Origin: Octopus bimaculoides
Lineage: Eukaryota
DNA length: 36,383 nt
Assembly: GCF_001194135.2 (NCBI RefSeq)
Contig: NC_068983.1
Location: 147,129,209 to 147,165,591 of the forward strand
Reading direction: 5' to 3'
The translations under genes were made by a program, and so were the position numbers. Below the pieces are notes generated by a model. The model had not been told where the DNA came from. It was given only the letters and a program-made list of their open reading frames with translations, and made no database searches. Positions 23,965-34,404 of the stretch are shown one piece after another. Positions within the stretch are counted from its first letter, which is position 1; the number at the start of each line of letters is the position of its first letter.

Positions 23965-25047
23965 NNNNNNNNNNNNNNNNNNNNNNNNNNNNNNNNNNNN
24001 NNNNNNNNNNNNNNNNNNNNNNNNNNNNNNNNNNNNNNNNNNNNNNNNNNNNNNNNNNNNNNNNNNNNNNNNNNNNNNNNNNNNNNNNNNNNNNNNNNNN
24101 NNNNNNNNNNNNNNNNNNNNNNNNNNNNNNNNNNNNNNNNNNNNNNNNNNNNNNNNNNNNNNNNNNNNNNNNNNNNNNNNNNNNNNNNNNNNNNNNNNNN
24201 NNNNNNNNNNNNNNNNNNNNNNNNNNNNNNNNNNNNNNNNNNNNNNNNNNNNNNNNNNNNNNNNNNNNNNNNNNNNNNNNNNNNNNNNNNNNNNNNNNNN
24301 NNNNNNNNNNNNNNNNNNNNNNNNNNNNNNNNNNNNNNNNNNNNNNNNNNNNNNNNNNNNNNNNNNNNNNNNNNNNNNNNNNNNNNNNNNNNNNNNNNNN
24401 NNNNNNNNNNNNNNNNNNNNNNNNNNNNNNNNNNNNNNNNNNNNNNNNNNNNNNNNNNNNNNNNNNNNNNNNNNNNNNNNNNNNNNNNNNNNNNNNNNNN
24501 NNNNNNNNNNNNNNNNNNNNNNNNNNNNNNNNNNNNNNNNNNNNNNNNNNNNNNNNNNNNNNNNNNNNNNCTTTAAAATGAAATGTCAATTGTACTCAGT
24601 ATCAAAACTATCATGGAAAGTTCCATAAACATAGAGTATAATAAGAAGATGAGTAGGGAATGACATTGATATTAACCTCTAAATTCTTGAGACAATTTTT
24701 CAACTAATTTTTGAGTTTCATATATTTTGTTTTATATGCTTGATTCTTTTTTAATATGCAAATTTATGCTATTTTTATCAACGGTCATATCAGAAAATGT
24801 AATGTGGTTTAAGGTCTTCAAGGGAAATGTAATGCCATCAATTTAATATTTTTCATTTCCCAATTTGAACTTACCAGACTTAAAATATTGATTAAATTTA
24901 CAATTTTTGTTGCACATTCTTATACTTTCATTGTTTAAAGCTTATATTTCAAGTAAACTATTTGATGATTTAAATAAACTATATGATTTTACATTTTGTC
25001 TTGTCCTTTGTAAATTCACTAATGTTATTGATTATGTCTTTCAACAG

Positions 25048-25200
25048 TGGGTCTTACATACCATTTTTGCAAATTCAAAGAAATACATCTGTGTAATTTC
25101 CATGTTGAGTGTCCAGTGAATACCAGATATAACTGGAGCCGAGGATCTTCTTCAGATTATCGTGGTTTTCCGCGACCTCGTCGCTACTCATATGACAGCC
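25048..25200 (+). CDS. MAM4 N-half exon: LGLTYHFCKFKEIHLCNFHVECPVNTRYNWSRGSSSDYRGFPRPRRYSYDS(H)
   Basis: TCAACAG acceptor, C|GTAAGT donor, 153 nt phase 1-1. Cys spacing identical to the MAM2 N-half. Confidence 0.87.
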
Positions 25201-25570
25201 GTAAGTCAGATATTATAATGTATTATTATATATTNNNNNNNNNNNNNNNNNNNNNNNNNNNNNNNNNNNNNNNNNNNNNNNNNNNNNNNNNNNNNNNNNN
25301 NNNNNNNNNNNNNNNNNNNNNNNNNNNNNNNNNNNNNNNNNNNNNNNNNNNNNNNNNNNNNNNNNNNNNNNNNNNNNNNNNNNNNNNNNNNNNNNNNNNN
25401 NNNNNNNNNNNNNNNNNNNNNNNNNNNNNNNNNNNNNNNNNNNNNNNNNNNNNNNNNNNNNNNNNNNNNNNNNNNNNNNNNNNNNNNNNNNNNATGTGGT
25501 ACACCATGTATCTGTTCAGCAAATGTCGATTGAATGGAGGGAGTGAGCTTATGTACAGCACATGCATTTG

Positions 25571-25785
25571 ATCATCATCATCATCATCATCGTCGTTTAA
25601 CATCCGCTTTCCATGCTAGCATGGGTTGGACGATTTGACTGAGGACTGGTGAAACCAGATGGCTACACCAGGCTCCAATCTGATTTGGCAGAGTTTCTAC
25701 AGCTGGATGCCCTTCCTAACGCCAACCACTCCGAGAGTGTAGTGGGTGCTTTTACGTGCCACCGGCATGAAGGCCTGTCAGACGG
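25571..25785 (-). repeat. Young copy of the RTE 3'UTR/(GAT)n-tailed repeat
   Basis: CATCATCATCGTCGTTTAACATCCGCTTTCCATGCTAGCATGGGTTGGACGATTTGACTGAGG..., near-identical to the copies at 17078, 23899 and 31738. Confidence 0.85.
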
Positions 25786-26034
25786 TCACTATAAACAAAT
25801 CATTTGTGCAGGTCATTCAGTAAAAACTGAACACATATACATCATCTTCCACGGAAGAGTCCATCATACATTGACATGCACAATCAAAATAAGAGAAGGA
25901 AGAGGAGGAAATAATGCTGTCATTTGTTCTTATAGTGTTCCTTATCAACTACTTTTCTAGCAATAAAAGAAACCAGTATTGAAGATACATCATTGTTTTA
26001 TCCTTTAATTCCCATTTTCTTTCTTTTCTTTCAG

Positions 26035-26171
26035 ACTATTACATGTATGTTGATTCTATAAATGGCAAACCTGGAGACAAGACACATCTTTCTTTTCCAA
26101 ATGTTGTGCCTCCAGCAGGCCATAGTTTATACTTTGATTATTATCTCCAACAAGGATCTGGCAAACTTCAG
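26035..26171 (+). CDS. MAM4 middle exon: HYYMYVDSINGKPGDKTHLSFPNVVPPAGHSLYFDYYLQQGSGKLQ
   Basis: Long pyrimidine tract + CAG, CAG|GTATGG donor, 137 nt, phase 1 in, phase 0 out. Y-Y-M-Y-V-D-S and L-x-F-x-Y-Y motifs. Confidence 0.9.
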
Positions 26172-26227
26172 GTATGGTCAAATAGTTTTTCTCTTCAAAT
26201 CATCACCATATTCACAGAGAAATAGAT

Positions 26228-27478
26228 ATGCTGGTATGGGTTGGACAGTGTGACCAGGCCTGGCAAGCCGGAAGGCTGCATCAGATTCCAGTCTGATTTG
26301 GCATAGTTTCTATGGCTGGATGCCCTTCCTAATGCTAACTGCTCTGAGAGTGTAATGGGTGCTTTTATCTGCCACCAGCACAGGTGCCATTTGTGTGACA
26401 CCAGTATCTGTCACGACTATGATTTTACTTGGCTTGATGAGTTTTCTTCTCAAACATGGCATGATGTCAAAGGTCTCAGTCATTCATCATTGCCTCCATG
26501 AGGTCCAGCACTCGAGAGGTGTGGTACATGTCCCACTGGCATTAGCTGGCTTGCCTCTGTGATGCTCAATGCTTGAATGGTGCTTTTTATGTACCACCAG
26601 CATGAGTGCCAGTTATGTAACACCAGCATGAGTGCCAGTTATGTAACACCAGCATTGGCCACAACCACAATTTCACTTGGCTTGATGGGTCTTCTCGTGC
26701 ACAGCATATCATCAAAGTTCTAGGTCACTAGTCACTGCCTCTGTAAGGTCCAAAGTTCAAAAATCATGTTTTACCACCTTGTTCGATGTCTTCCTGGATC
26801 TGCCTCTACCACAGGTTCCCTCCACTGTCAGAGATTGGCACTTCTTTACATAGCTGTCCTCATCCATACACATCACATGACCATACCAGCAGAGTCGTCT
26901 CTCCAGCACACCACATCTGATGCCTCTTATGGTCAACTTTTCTCTCGAGATGCTTATACTCTGTTGTACATGCATGTCGACATTGCACATCAAGCAAAGC
27001 ATACTGGTTACATTTCTTTTAAGCCTACACGTGTTCTTGGCTGTCACAGCCCATGTTTTGCTGCTATGTAGCATAGTTGTTCACATACAGGCATCATACA
27101 ATCTGCCTTTCACTCTGAGGGAGAGGAACTGTGTTACTACTGAAGTAGAAGTTCTCTAAACCTTGCCTAGCCTATTCTTATTCTCACTGCTATTCTCTCA
27201 GAGCACCACCTCCACTACTGACTTGATCACCCAGATAATGGAAGCTATCTACTACTTCTAGCTTACCCTGCTGGCAGTTGATAGCATCTATTTTCTGTAC
27301 ATTTTCAGTGCTTATTGTAACTGTGCATCTTCCACACACAAAAGCTATTTTCCCTGTTAACCTTCTTCTGATATTGTTGCACCTCTTATGTGCCCATAGT
27401 TAGGTTAACTCTGAGGCCTTTCGATTCTAGACATTGCTTCCCTACCTGAAACTTCTTCTCTAGTTCTAGTAGTGATAT
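26228..27478 (-). mobile_element. RTE LINE 3' fragment, antisense, with internal deletions
   Basis: MLHSSKTWAVT...RRLCWYGHVMCMDEDSYVKKCQSLTVEGTCGRGR (ORF 26757-27074) and ELEKKFQVGKQCLESKGLRVN. Homologous to 12615-13310. Confidence 0.85.
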
Positions 27479-27664
27479 ATAAAGAACACTGAAATTTTGC
27501 AACAGTGGTTTCAGCAGCATTTTATTGATGAATACTTTGATTAAATCATGATAAAGATCTACGATCATGGGGTGATTTTAAACAAACAATCAGATTGGTA
27601 GGTAGAGAATTTAAGTTAACCAACTTACTAAGTACATAACAAGTGCAAGGTGGTCAACTTAAAT

Positions 27665-28003
27665 ACTGGTGCTATATAAAAAGCACTCGTACTGGTACCA
27701 CATAAAAGGCACCTGTGCTGACAGCATGTAAAAAGCACCCATGCCAGTGCTACATATAAAGCACTTGTGCTGGCAGTACATGTAAAGCATGTATGCTGGT
27801 GCCATATAAAACACCCATACTAGTATCATGTAAAATGCACCCAGTACATTCCGTAAAGTGGATGATGTTAGGAAGGGCATCCAGCTATAGAAACCATGCC
27901 AAAATAGGTGAATGAAGCCTGGTGCAGCCCTCTGGCTTGCCATCTTCTGTCAAAACCGTCCAATCTATGTCAGCATGGAAAATGAATGTTAAATGATGAT
28001 GAT
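27665..28003 (+). mobile_element. RTE-family 3'UTR copy in sense orientation with degenerate ~24-nt tandem subrepeats and (GAT)n tail
   Basis: TTAGGAAGGGCATCCAGCT...GCATGGAAAATGAATGTTAAATGATGATGAT is the reverse complement of the repeat at 25571 and 31738. Confidence 0.8.
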
Positions 28004-28078
28004 AAATATATATATATATATATGTGTATGTATGTATGTATGTATGTATATATACATGTACACACATGCATAAAGAGT

Positions 28079-28430
28079 TAGGAAAAGGAAAATTATCTGT
28101 TTAACCTCACCTCTCCCCATTTAATCTAAATGTTTCTAGCAACATAGCCAGAGGCTTCCTGTCATTAATTAAGAAACATTATCCCAGAGACCATACATAA
28201 GTATTACAAATTCTTCAACCCCATAATGTCAAGGTGAGACATAACACCCAGCATCAAGTAGACTATTAACAGGTGCCACCATATTCACCCAGTGCCCCTA
28301 ATTGCCAGCTCTGCCTCCATAGAAGACTGCATATCTTTTACCAACCTGCAGTAATCAACATCAACAAGAAATATGATCTATTCTATTGCTCTCACCAGAC
28401 GTAGCCCTTCCGGTAAATTTCAAATCACTG
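28079..28430 (+). mobile_element. Degenerate Penelope-like element fragment (post-RT linker and C-terminus; endonuclease core deleted)
   Basis: RKRKII..., NVSSNIARGFLSLIKKHYPRDH, FNPHNVKV and later CQLCLHRRLHI...NKKYDLFYCSH resemble recalled PLE motifs (RKRKIIWFNPP, NIxxxFLxLIxKHFP, FNxxNVKVSY, CxLCLxEK). Frameshifts present. Confidence 0.7.
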
Positions 28431-28564
28431 GCTGCTAACAACCTAGATATACCTCTTTAGTGCCAGCTGCCCCTCTGCACCACCTGCACCGAGATCACCA
28501 TCACCAACCAAACCCATGAGCAGGAATGAAATCATCAATTCCTAATGCTTCCCCTTACCTGTCT

Positions 28565-29045
28565 ACTTGCATACTCTCACCTCTTGTACATAACCATATG
28601 AGTTAATACGCATGCACATATACAACTGCACACCATATGCATGCACATGGATATACATACACAGACATGCATACACACATGCATGCACGTGCATACACAT
28701 ATGCTCATGTGTGTGTGCACTTGGGGGTAGATACATGCAGGCATGTATATGTGTGCATGTATTTATGTGTGTGTGTGTGTGTGTGTTTGCATGCTTGCAC
28801 GTGCGGATGTGTATGTGTGTGTGCACACATGCATGTGTACATGTATGCATACATGTGTGTGTGTGTGCATAGATGTGAAGATGTTTGCCTATGTACATGC
28901 ACATACGCTTGCATTAATACAGGCACACTCACACAAAAGTATAAGCACGTGAACGTACACCTAGCATGTGCACATACACTCGCATAAAAAACAGCCACAC
29001 ACAGATATATATAAGCACATACACACATATATACGTATATACCTG
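28565..29045 (+). repeat. Cryptically simple CA/GT/TGCA low-complexity tract
   Basis: Alternating purine-pyrimidine runs. The ORFs are artefactual. Confidence 0.85.
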
Positions 29046-29317
29046 CAAATCTACTACCCCTTCCTACTTTCTTCCCACCCCACCATCTGTGTGACCGATT
29101 TCCTGTCCATCAAGTAATTGTTATTGCTGAAATACCAGCATCAAACAGTGATATCATGTGACCTTTTTTGACCAGTTGCAAGCTAATACCCAGGATTGAA
29201 CAGTGATTCTCTCCCATCAACATCTAATTCTAATTCCAATGGCTGAAGACTAGCAAGTCTAGCATCATGCTTAAAACTTAAAGTACCAAGGAATTTGAAT
29301 CAAACTATTTGATCCAC

Positions 29318-29348
<31 letters not shown>

Positions 29349-29589
29349 AGAATAAGTTCAAATAGAGCAATTCAAACGTTTTGGTGACTTCAAAAAGAAA
29401 TATTTCTAATAAATATTCATCATATTAAAATAATAGCTTGTTAGAGCAAGCAATTAAAATATGAAAATAACAAGTAAAACGTTCGTTATAGGCATGTATA
29501 AGATAAAATCTAATATAAAACACTACAAACTATTAATAAAAATGGAGAAGAGATGTTAAAAGTTCAAATTAGAATTTAATATCCACATA

Positions 29590-29777
29590 GGCATAGGAGT
29601 GGCTGTGTGGTAAGTAGCTTGCTTACCAACCACATGGTTCCGGGTTCATTCCCACTGCGTGGCATCTTGGGCAAGTGTCTTCTACTATAGCCTCAGGCCG
29701 ACCAAAGCATTGTGAGTGGATTTGGTATCGGAAACTGAAAGAAGCCCATCGTATATATATATATATATATATATATG
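29590..29777 (+). mobile_element. tRNA-derived SINE with (TA)n tail
   Basis: GGAGTGGCTGTGTGGTAAGTAGCTTGCTTACCAACCACATGGTTCCGGGTTCATTCCC (A/B boxes), CTTGGGCAAGTGTCTT core-like segment, (TA)n tail into gap. Confidence 0.85.
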
Positions 29778-30532
29778 NNNNNNNNNNNNNNNNNNNNNNN
29801 NNNNNNNNNNNNNNNNNNNNNNNNNNNNNNNNNNNNNNNNNNNNNNNNNNNNNNNNNNNNNNNNNNNNNNNNNNNNNNNNNNNNNNNNNNNNNNNNNNNN
29901 NNNNNNNNNNNNNNNNNNNNNNNNNNNNNNNNNNNNNNNNNNNNNNNNNNNNNNNNNNNNNNNNNNNNNNNNNNNNNNNNNNNNNNNNNNNNNNNNNNNN
30001 NNNNNNNNNNNNNNNNNNNNNNNNNNNNNNNNNNNNNNNNNNNNNNNNNNNNNNNNNNNNNNNNNNNNNNNNNNNNNNNNNNNNNNNNNNNNNNNNNNNN
30101 NNNNNNNNNNNNNNNNNNNNNNNNNNNNNNNNNNNNNNNNNNNNNNNNNNNNNNNNNNNNNNNNNNNNNNNNNNNNNNNNNNNNNNNNNNNNNNNNNNNN
30201 NNNNNNNNNNNNNNNNNNNNNNNNNNNNNNNNNNNNNNNNNNNNNNNNNNNNNNNNNNNNNNNNNNNNNNNNNNNNNNNNNNNNNNNNNNNNNNNNNNNN
30301 NNNNNNNNNNNNNNNNNNNNNNNNNNNNNNNNNNNNNNNNNNNNNNNNNNNNNNNNNNNNNNNNNNNNNNNNNNNNNNNNNNNNNNNNNNNNNNNNNNNN
30401 NNNNNNNNNNNNNNNNNNNNNNNNNNNNNNNNNNNNNNNNNNNNNNNNNNNNNNNNNNNNNNNNNNNNNNNNNNNNNNNNNNNNNNNNNNNNNNNNNNNN
30501 NNTTTATTATGGCAACCGAATAATTGTCACAT

Positions 30533-30534
<2 letters not shown>

Positions 30535-30584
<50 letters not shown>

Positions 30585-30683
30585 GAAGTATGTATGTATG
30601 AATGCATATATATGTTATATATGTATGTGTATATACATATATGTGTGTGTGTGTGTACATGCACATACATATATATATATGTG

Positions 30684-30723
<40 letters not shown>

Positions 30724-30792
30724 CACATATATACGTATGTGTGAGTGTGTATGTGTATGTCTGCACAGACACACACACGCACACACACATAT
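30535..30792 (+). repeat. Compound (TA)/(GT)/(CA) microsatellite directly upstream of the exon at 30818
   Basis: Directly visible. Confidence 0.9.
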
Positions 30793-30817
30793 TCATGAGC
30801 TATTAATCTATTTTCAG

Positions 30818-31016
30818 CTTCATCTTGAAAATTCAGAGGGAAAGAAACTTGTATTTGAAGAATTTGGTATCATTCAATCAAGACAATGGAATTCTGCTTG
30901 CATTGACATTAAAAATAACACAAACACTAGTATTGTATTTACTGCTACAAGGGGCTATGAATTTGGTGCATTTATTGGCTTGATGAATGTAGGCTTCAAA
31001 CCAGAAGTTTGTCAAG
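30818..31016 (+). CDS. MAM4 last exon: LHLENSEGKKLVFEEFGIIQSRQWNSACIDIKNNTNTSIVFTATRGYEFGAFIGLMNVGFKPEVCQ
   Basis: TTTTCAG acceptor, G|GTAAGA donor, 199 nt, phase 0 in, phase 1 out (matches 26171). W-x2-A-C, I-V-F-x-A-x-R-G and terminal C. Confidence 0.9.
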
Positions 31017-31308
31017 GTAAGATTTTTCACACTTTTCTCTCTCCCTTTTTGTACTTCTGTGAACCTTTCCTCTTTCCTCTTTCTAACAAAGATCCATATT
31101 TGAACTGTCACAGATTCTCTCCTTTTTCTATCTTAAACTGAGTGTCAACCTTATCCATTCGCATTCGGTGTGTACATTCTTTTGACTTTGTTGTTGCTGT
31201 TTCCATTTTTATTTTTAATTTGACTATATGTATATATGTAAGTATGTATACATACATAGTTTTATACATGTATATACATAAGTATGTATATATATAATAC
31301 TTGTGTGT

Positions 31309-31350
<42 letters not shown>

Positions 31351-31737
31351 CTGCCTATCTGAGTGTGTGCATGTGCATGTGTGTGTGTGTGTGCATACGT
31401 ATGCTATATATAATAAAACAGAAAGCATATTTGGTGTTTTAAGCTTTGTAAAACAACATTTCTATAATTCAACTGATATGATTGTTTGGTAAAAGTTACA
31501 CAATCTTCTGATTCACCTCGTCATGAATATTTTAATCCTAAATTATACAAAATATAGAGTTAATTTTGCTCAATATATACACCTGTTATGTAAAATACAC
31601 ACACATCTGTGGAGTGGCAGAACACTGGGTGACAGGGTAGCAGGAGAGAGTAAATGCCTGTTGAAAAGTTTGAAGTCATGCCCTTTCATCTACATATAGG
31701 CAGATACAGATATACAGTCAAGCAAACTCATGATCAT

Positions 31738-32035
31738 TCATCATCATCATCATCATCATTGTCGTTTAACGTCTGCTTTCCATGCTAGCATGGGCTGGAC
31801 GATTTGACTGAGGACTGGCTCCAATCTGATTTGGCAGAGTTTCTACAGCTGGATGCCCTTCATAACGCCAACCACTCTGAGAGTGTAGTGAGTGCTTTTA
31901 CGTGCCACCGGCACGAAGGCCAGTCAGGCGGTACTGGCAACGGCCATGCTCAAAATGGTGTATTTTACATGCCACCTGCACAGGAGCCAGTCCAGCGACA
32001 CTGGCAACGATCTCGCTCGAATGTCTTTACATGTG
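31738..32035 (-). repeat. Copy of the RTE 3'UTR/(GAT)n-tailed repeat with internal subrepeats
   Basis: Same head. GGCCAGTCAGGCGGTACTGGCAACGGCCA unit shared with 9737-9935. Confidence 0.85.
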
Positions 32036-32311
32036 CCATTCGCATATATATATATACACAATAACGAGAAGAGAAAGAAATGAGATAGCCTCTGTGCTCT
32101 GTAGTCTCAGCTTTGTGAACAAGAGCAGTGACAACAACAGTACCAATCATAACAACAATGACAATGATAATAGCAAAAGTATCAACCACAGTATGAACAT
32201 CCACTGTCATGAATTAAAGGTAAAGGAAATTAGTGGTCAGTTAATCGACAAGTTTATGATATAAACTTTTATATCATATTACAAAAGAAATGGACAAGGG
32301 ACAGCAATCAA

Positions 32312-32644
32312 TGCACACTAGCAAACTGCCCCATCTGTGACACAGACTTATGCCAATGGGTAAGTGTTGTGTATAGAATACAATATAACAAATGCAACAA
32401 GTTCTATGTGGGTAGCGCAGCAAAACCGTTACACATTCGCATCAACGAACATCTGAACATGAGAGCCTCCTCCTTCAGAAAACATCTAGACAGATGGCAG
32501 AACGCTGACAAAAGCATAACAGTCACAATTGAGGCCAATGAAAGAAATTTGGGTTATTTAAGGATTAAAGAAGCTATTCTCATAGACAGACTAGGGCCCC
32601 AAATAAACAACAGATTGGAGCTTAGCAGTCAATATATTCTCTAG
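32312..32644 (+). mobile_element. Penelope-like GIY-YIG endonuclease fragment with an upstream Cys cluster
   Basis: CTLANCPICDTDLCQWVSVVYRIQYNKCNKFYVGSAAKPLHIRINEH...LRIKEAILIDRLGPQIN. The VVY/YVG pair and conserved R, H, E and N are present. The frame is open from 32234 to the stop at 32644. Confidence 0.8.
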
Positions 32645-34293
32645 CTACATCTGGATGCATGTAGGTTCTTTTTTATTTGATGACATGCTCATGTATTATT
32701 CATAAGAAAAAAGAAGGGGGAAACATAAAAATAAACTGCATGTAAATACATAACTTAAAAGCAGCACTACAGATGTGCTAGTACACATGAGCCTGAGACA
32801 TGGCCGCCCTCACTCACTTCTCACAAGGAATTTCAGAAGAAGCTTTGTGAGACCAGTGCACAGACACTTCCGGAGAAAAAGAAAAAAGGGAAAAAATAAA
32901 ACTGTTGGAAAATCGATTGTAGCATTGACTCAATCAATCCCTAAGGATATCTGAATAAGGAATTTTTATATTCTGAAATATTATATAAATCTATGGATGA
33001 TTAAATTACATCAGTTATTATAGTGCATTGTTTTTATTATAGTGCATTGTTGTGCCATTCAAAACACATTATTATTATTTATTATTATTTTTATAGTAAT
33101 AAATAATTTTTAAAAAATAACTTTCAACAAATTCAATCTTTTATTTCAGTTTCAATTTGATAAGAATTTATTGTGAGCTTGTGTGCATGTGGAAAATTAT
33201 TTCTGTCATCTTTTGTTGCTAATGATCATTGTTATGTGTAAAAAAAATATGTTAACTTAGAAACTATAATATTATTAAAAGAAATCACAACTGTTAAATC
33301 TTCATATCTTGGGAAAGAAAGATACAGATGTCAGAGATTCAGGATGTGCAAAAGAAAAGTGCAAGAGTATGTTGGCTGATGAATGACATGCAATGATGAA
33401 AGACAATAAAAGAGGGGAGGATGATGGTAGAAGTGAATTTTATGCAAGTGTTCCAATGTAGTCATGCCACCTGGGAGTTTGAATGAAGATGGCATGGTGA
33501 ATGGGAAATACGTGAGTCTTGTATGCATGAGCTATGCAGTGATAGGGAAATGTGGAGAGGTTAAGAATAGGTGCTGCATCAGAAAAAACATTTACAAAGT
33601 TATGATTTACTCAAGCCCAGAGCTGTAATCTAGTTGTGAATACTGCATAAAGAAATACAAAATAAAGACAACAGATATGATTCTGCAGCAATATTTCCTT
33701 TTGATCTGTTGGGCTTAGCTCTATCAATAAAAGTTATCAATGAATTGTAGCAAGGTATAAACATCCTTCAGTTTGTTATAATTCCATGTTTTAGATGCTC
33801 ACTAAGATTGTATAGGGCTAATCTTTAGAAGAGATACTAAAGTATCAAAACCTGATCAGACCTTTCCAACACCTACTAGCTGGGTTTCCCAAATATGACA
33901 ACATGAAACAACCACAGTGGGTCAGCCAGGTCATACCTAGATAGAGTATTCATCAGTTCAGTGAATAGAGATCCAGTAGGGTGTCCCCAATTTCAAACGG
34001 TTGACTACACAAATTACGAATTTTTGATCTGTACGATTAAGACAGAGTTCACAAACAGGAAACATCCGACAGGTTAAGGTGATTGGCAACTTACTGATTC
34101 TCCTCGCTTAAGTTAATATAACACACCAAAGGGATCACACTCACTTCATTCTTCTCTGATTTCAAACATTCTGTTTTCAATGCTTCTGTTTATTTGTTGT
34201 ATACAATAACAAGTAATTTTTTTCAGTTTTGAGAATATTTTATGACATGAAATAAATAATGTTGTTGATTTTTTTTTCTCTTTCTCATTAAAG

Positions 34294-34404
34294 CCAGGAA
34301 TATTTCCTGTGGTTTCACAGAAGGCACATGCCAGTATAGCAACCTAACTTACTACTCAACATGGGAAAGAATAAATTCAAGAAACGATACTAACCTAACA
34401 GATG
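34294..34404 (+). CDS. MAM5 N-half exon: ARNISCGFTEGTCQYSNLTYYSTWERINSRNDTNLTD(G)
   Basis: Pyrimidine tract + TAAAG acceptor (the nearby CAG would break phase), G|GTAAGT donor, 111 nt phase 1-1. C-x-F-x4-C and W. Missed by the ORF track. Confidence 0.85.

Noticed and set aside
2423-30786. Long ORFs spanning N runs (2423-2974, 9015-10009, 21489-22542, 23924-24628, 25226-25603, 29623-30786)
   Set aside because: They are open only because NNN codons contain no stop; they are assembly-gap artefacts.
25571-32035. Recurrent near-identical repeats as a CRISPR-like array
   Set aside because: They are dispersed, variably truncated retroelement 3' ends in a eukaryotic intron, with no regular repeat-spacer period.
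32825-32870. CAGAAGA...TGTG-loop-CACA-GACAC downstream of the GIY-YIG frame as a possible hammerhead
   Set aside because: Two core positions are wrong and stem II is out of register; too degenerate to support.
33335-33560. Purine-rich stretch ending in DREMWR, possibly an old RTE 3' end
   Set aside because: Only one short motif amid many stops; insufficient support.
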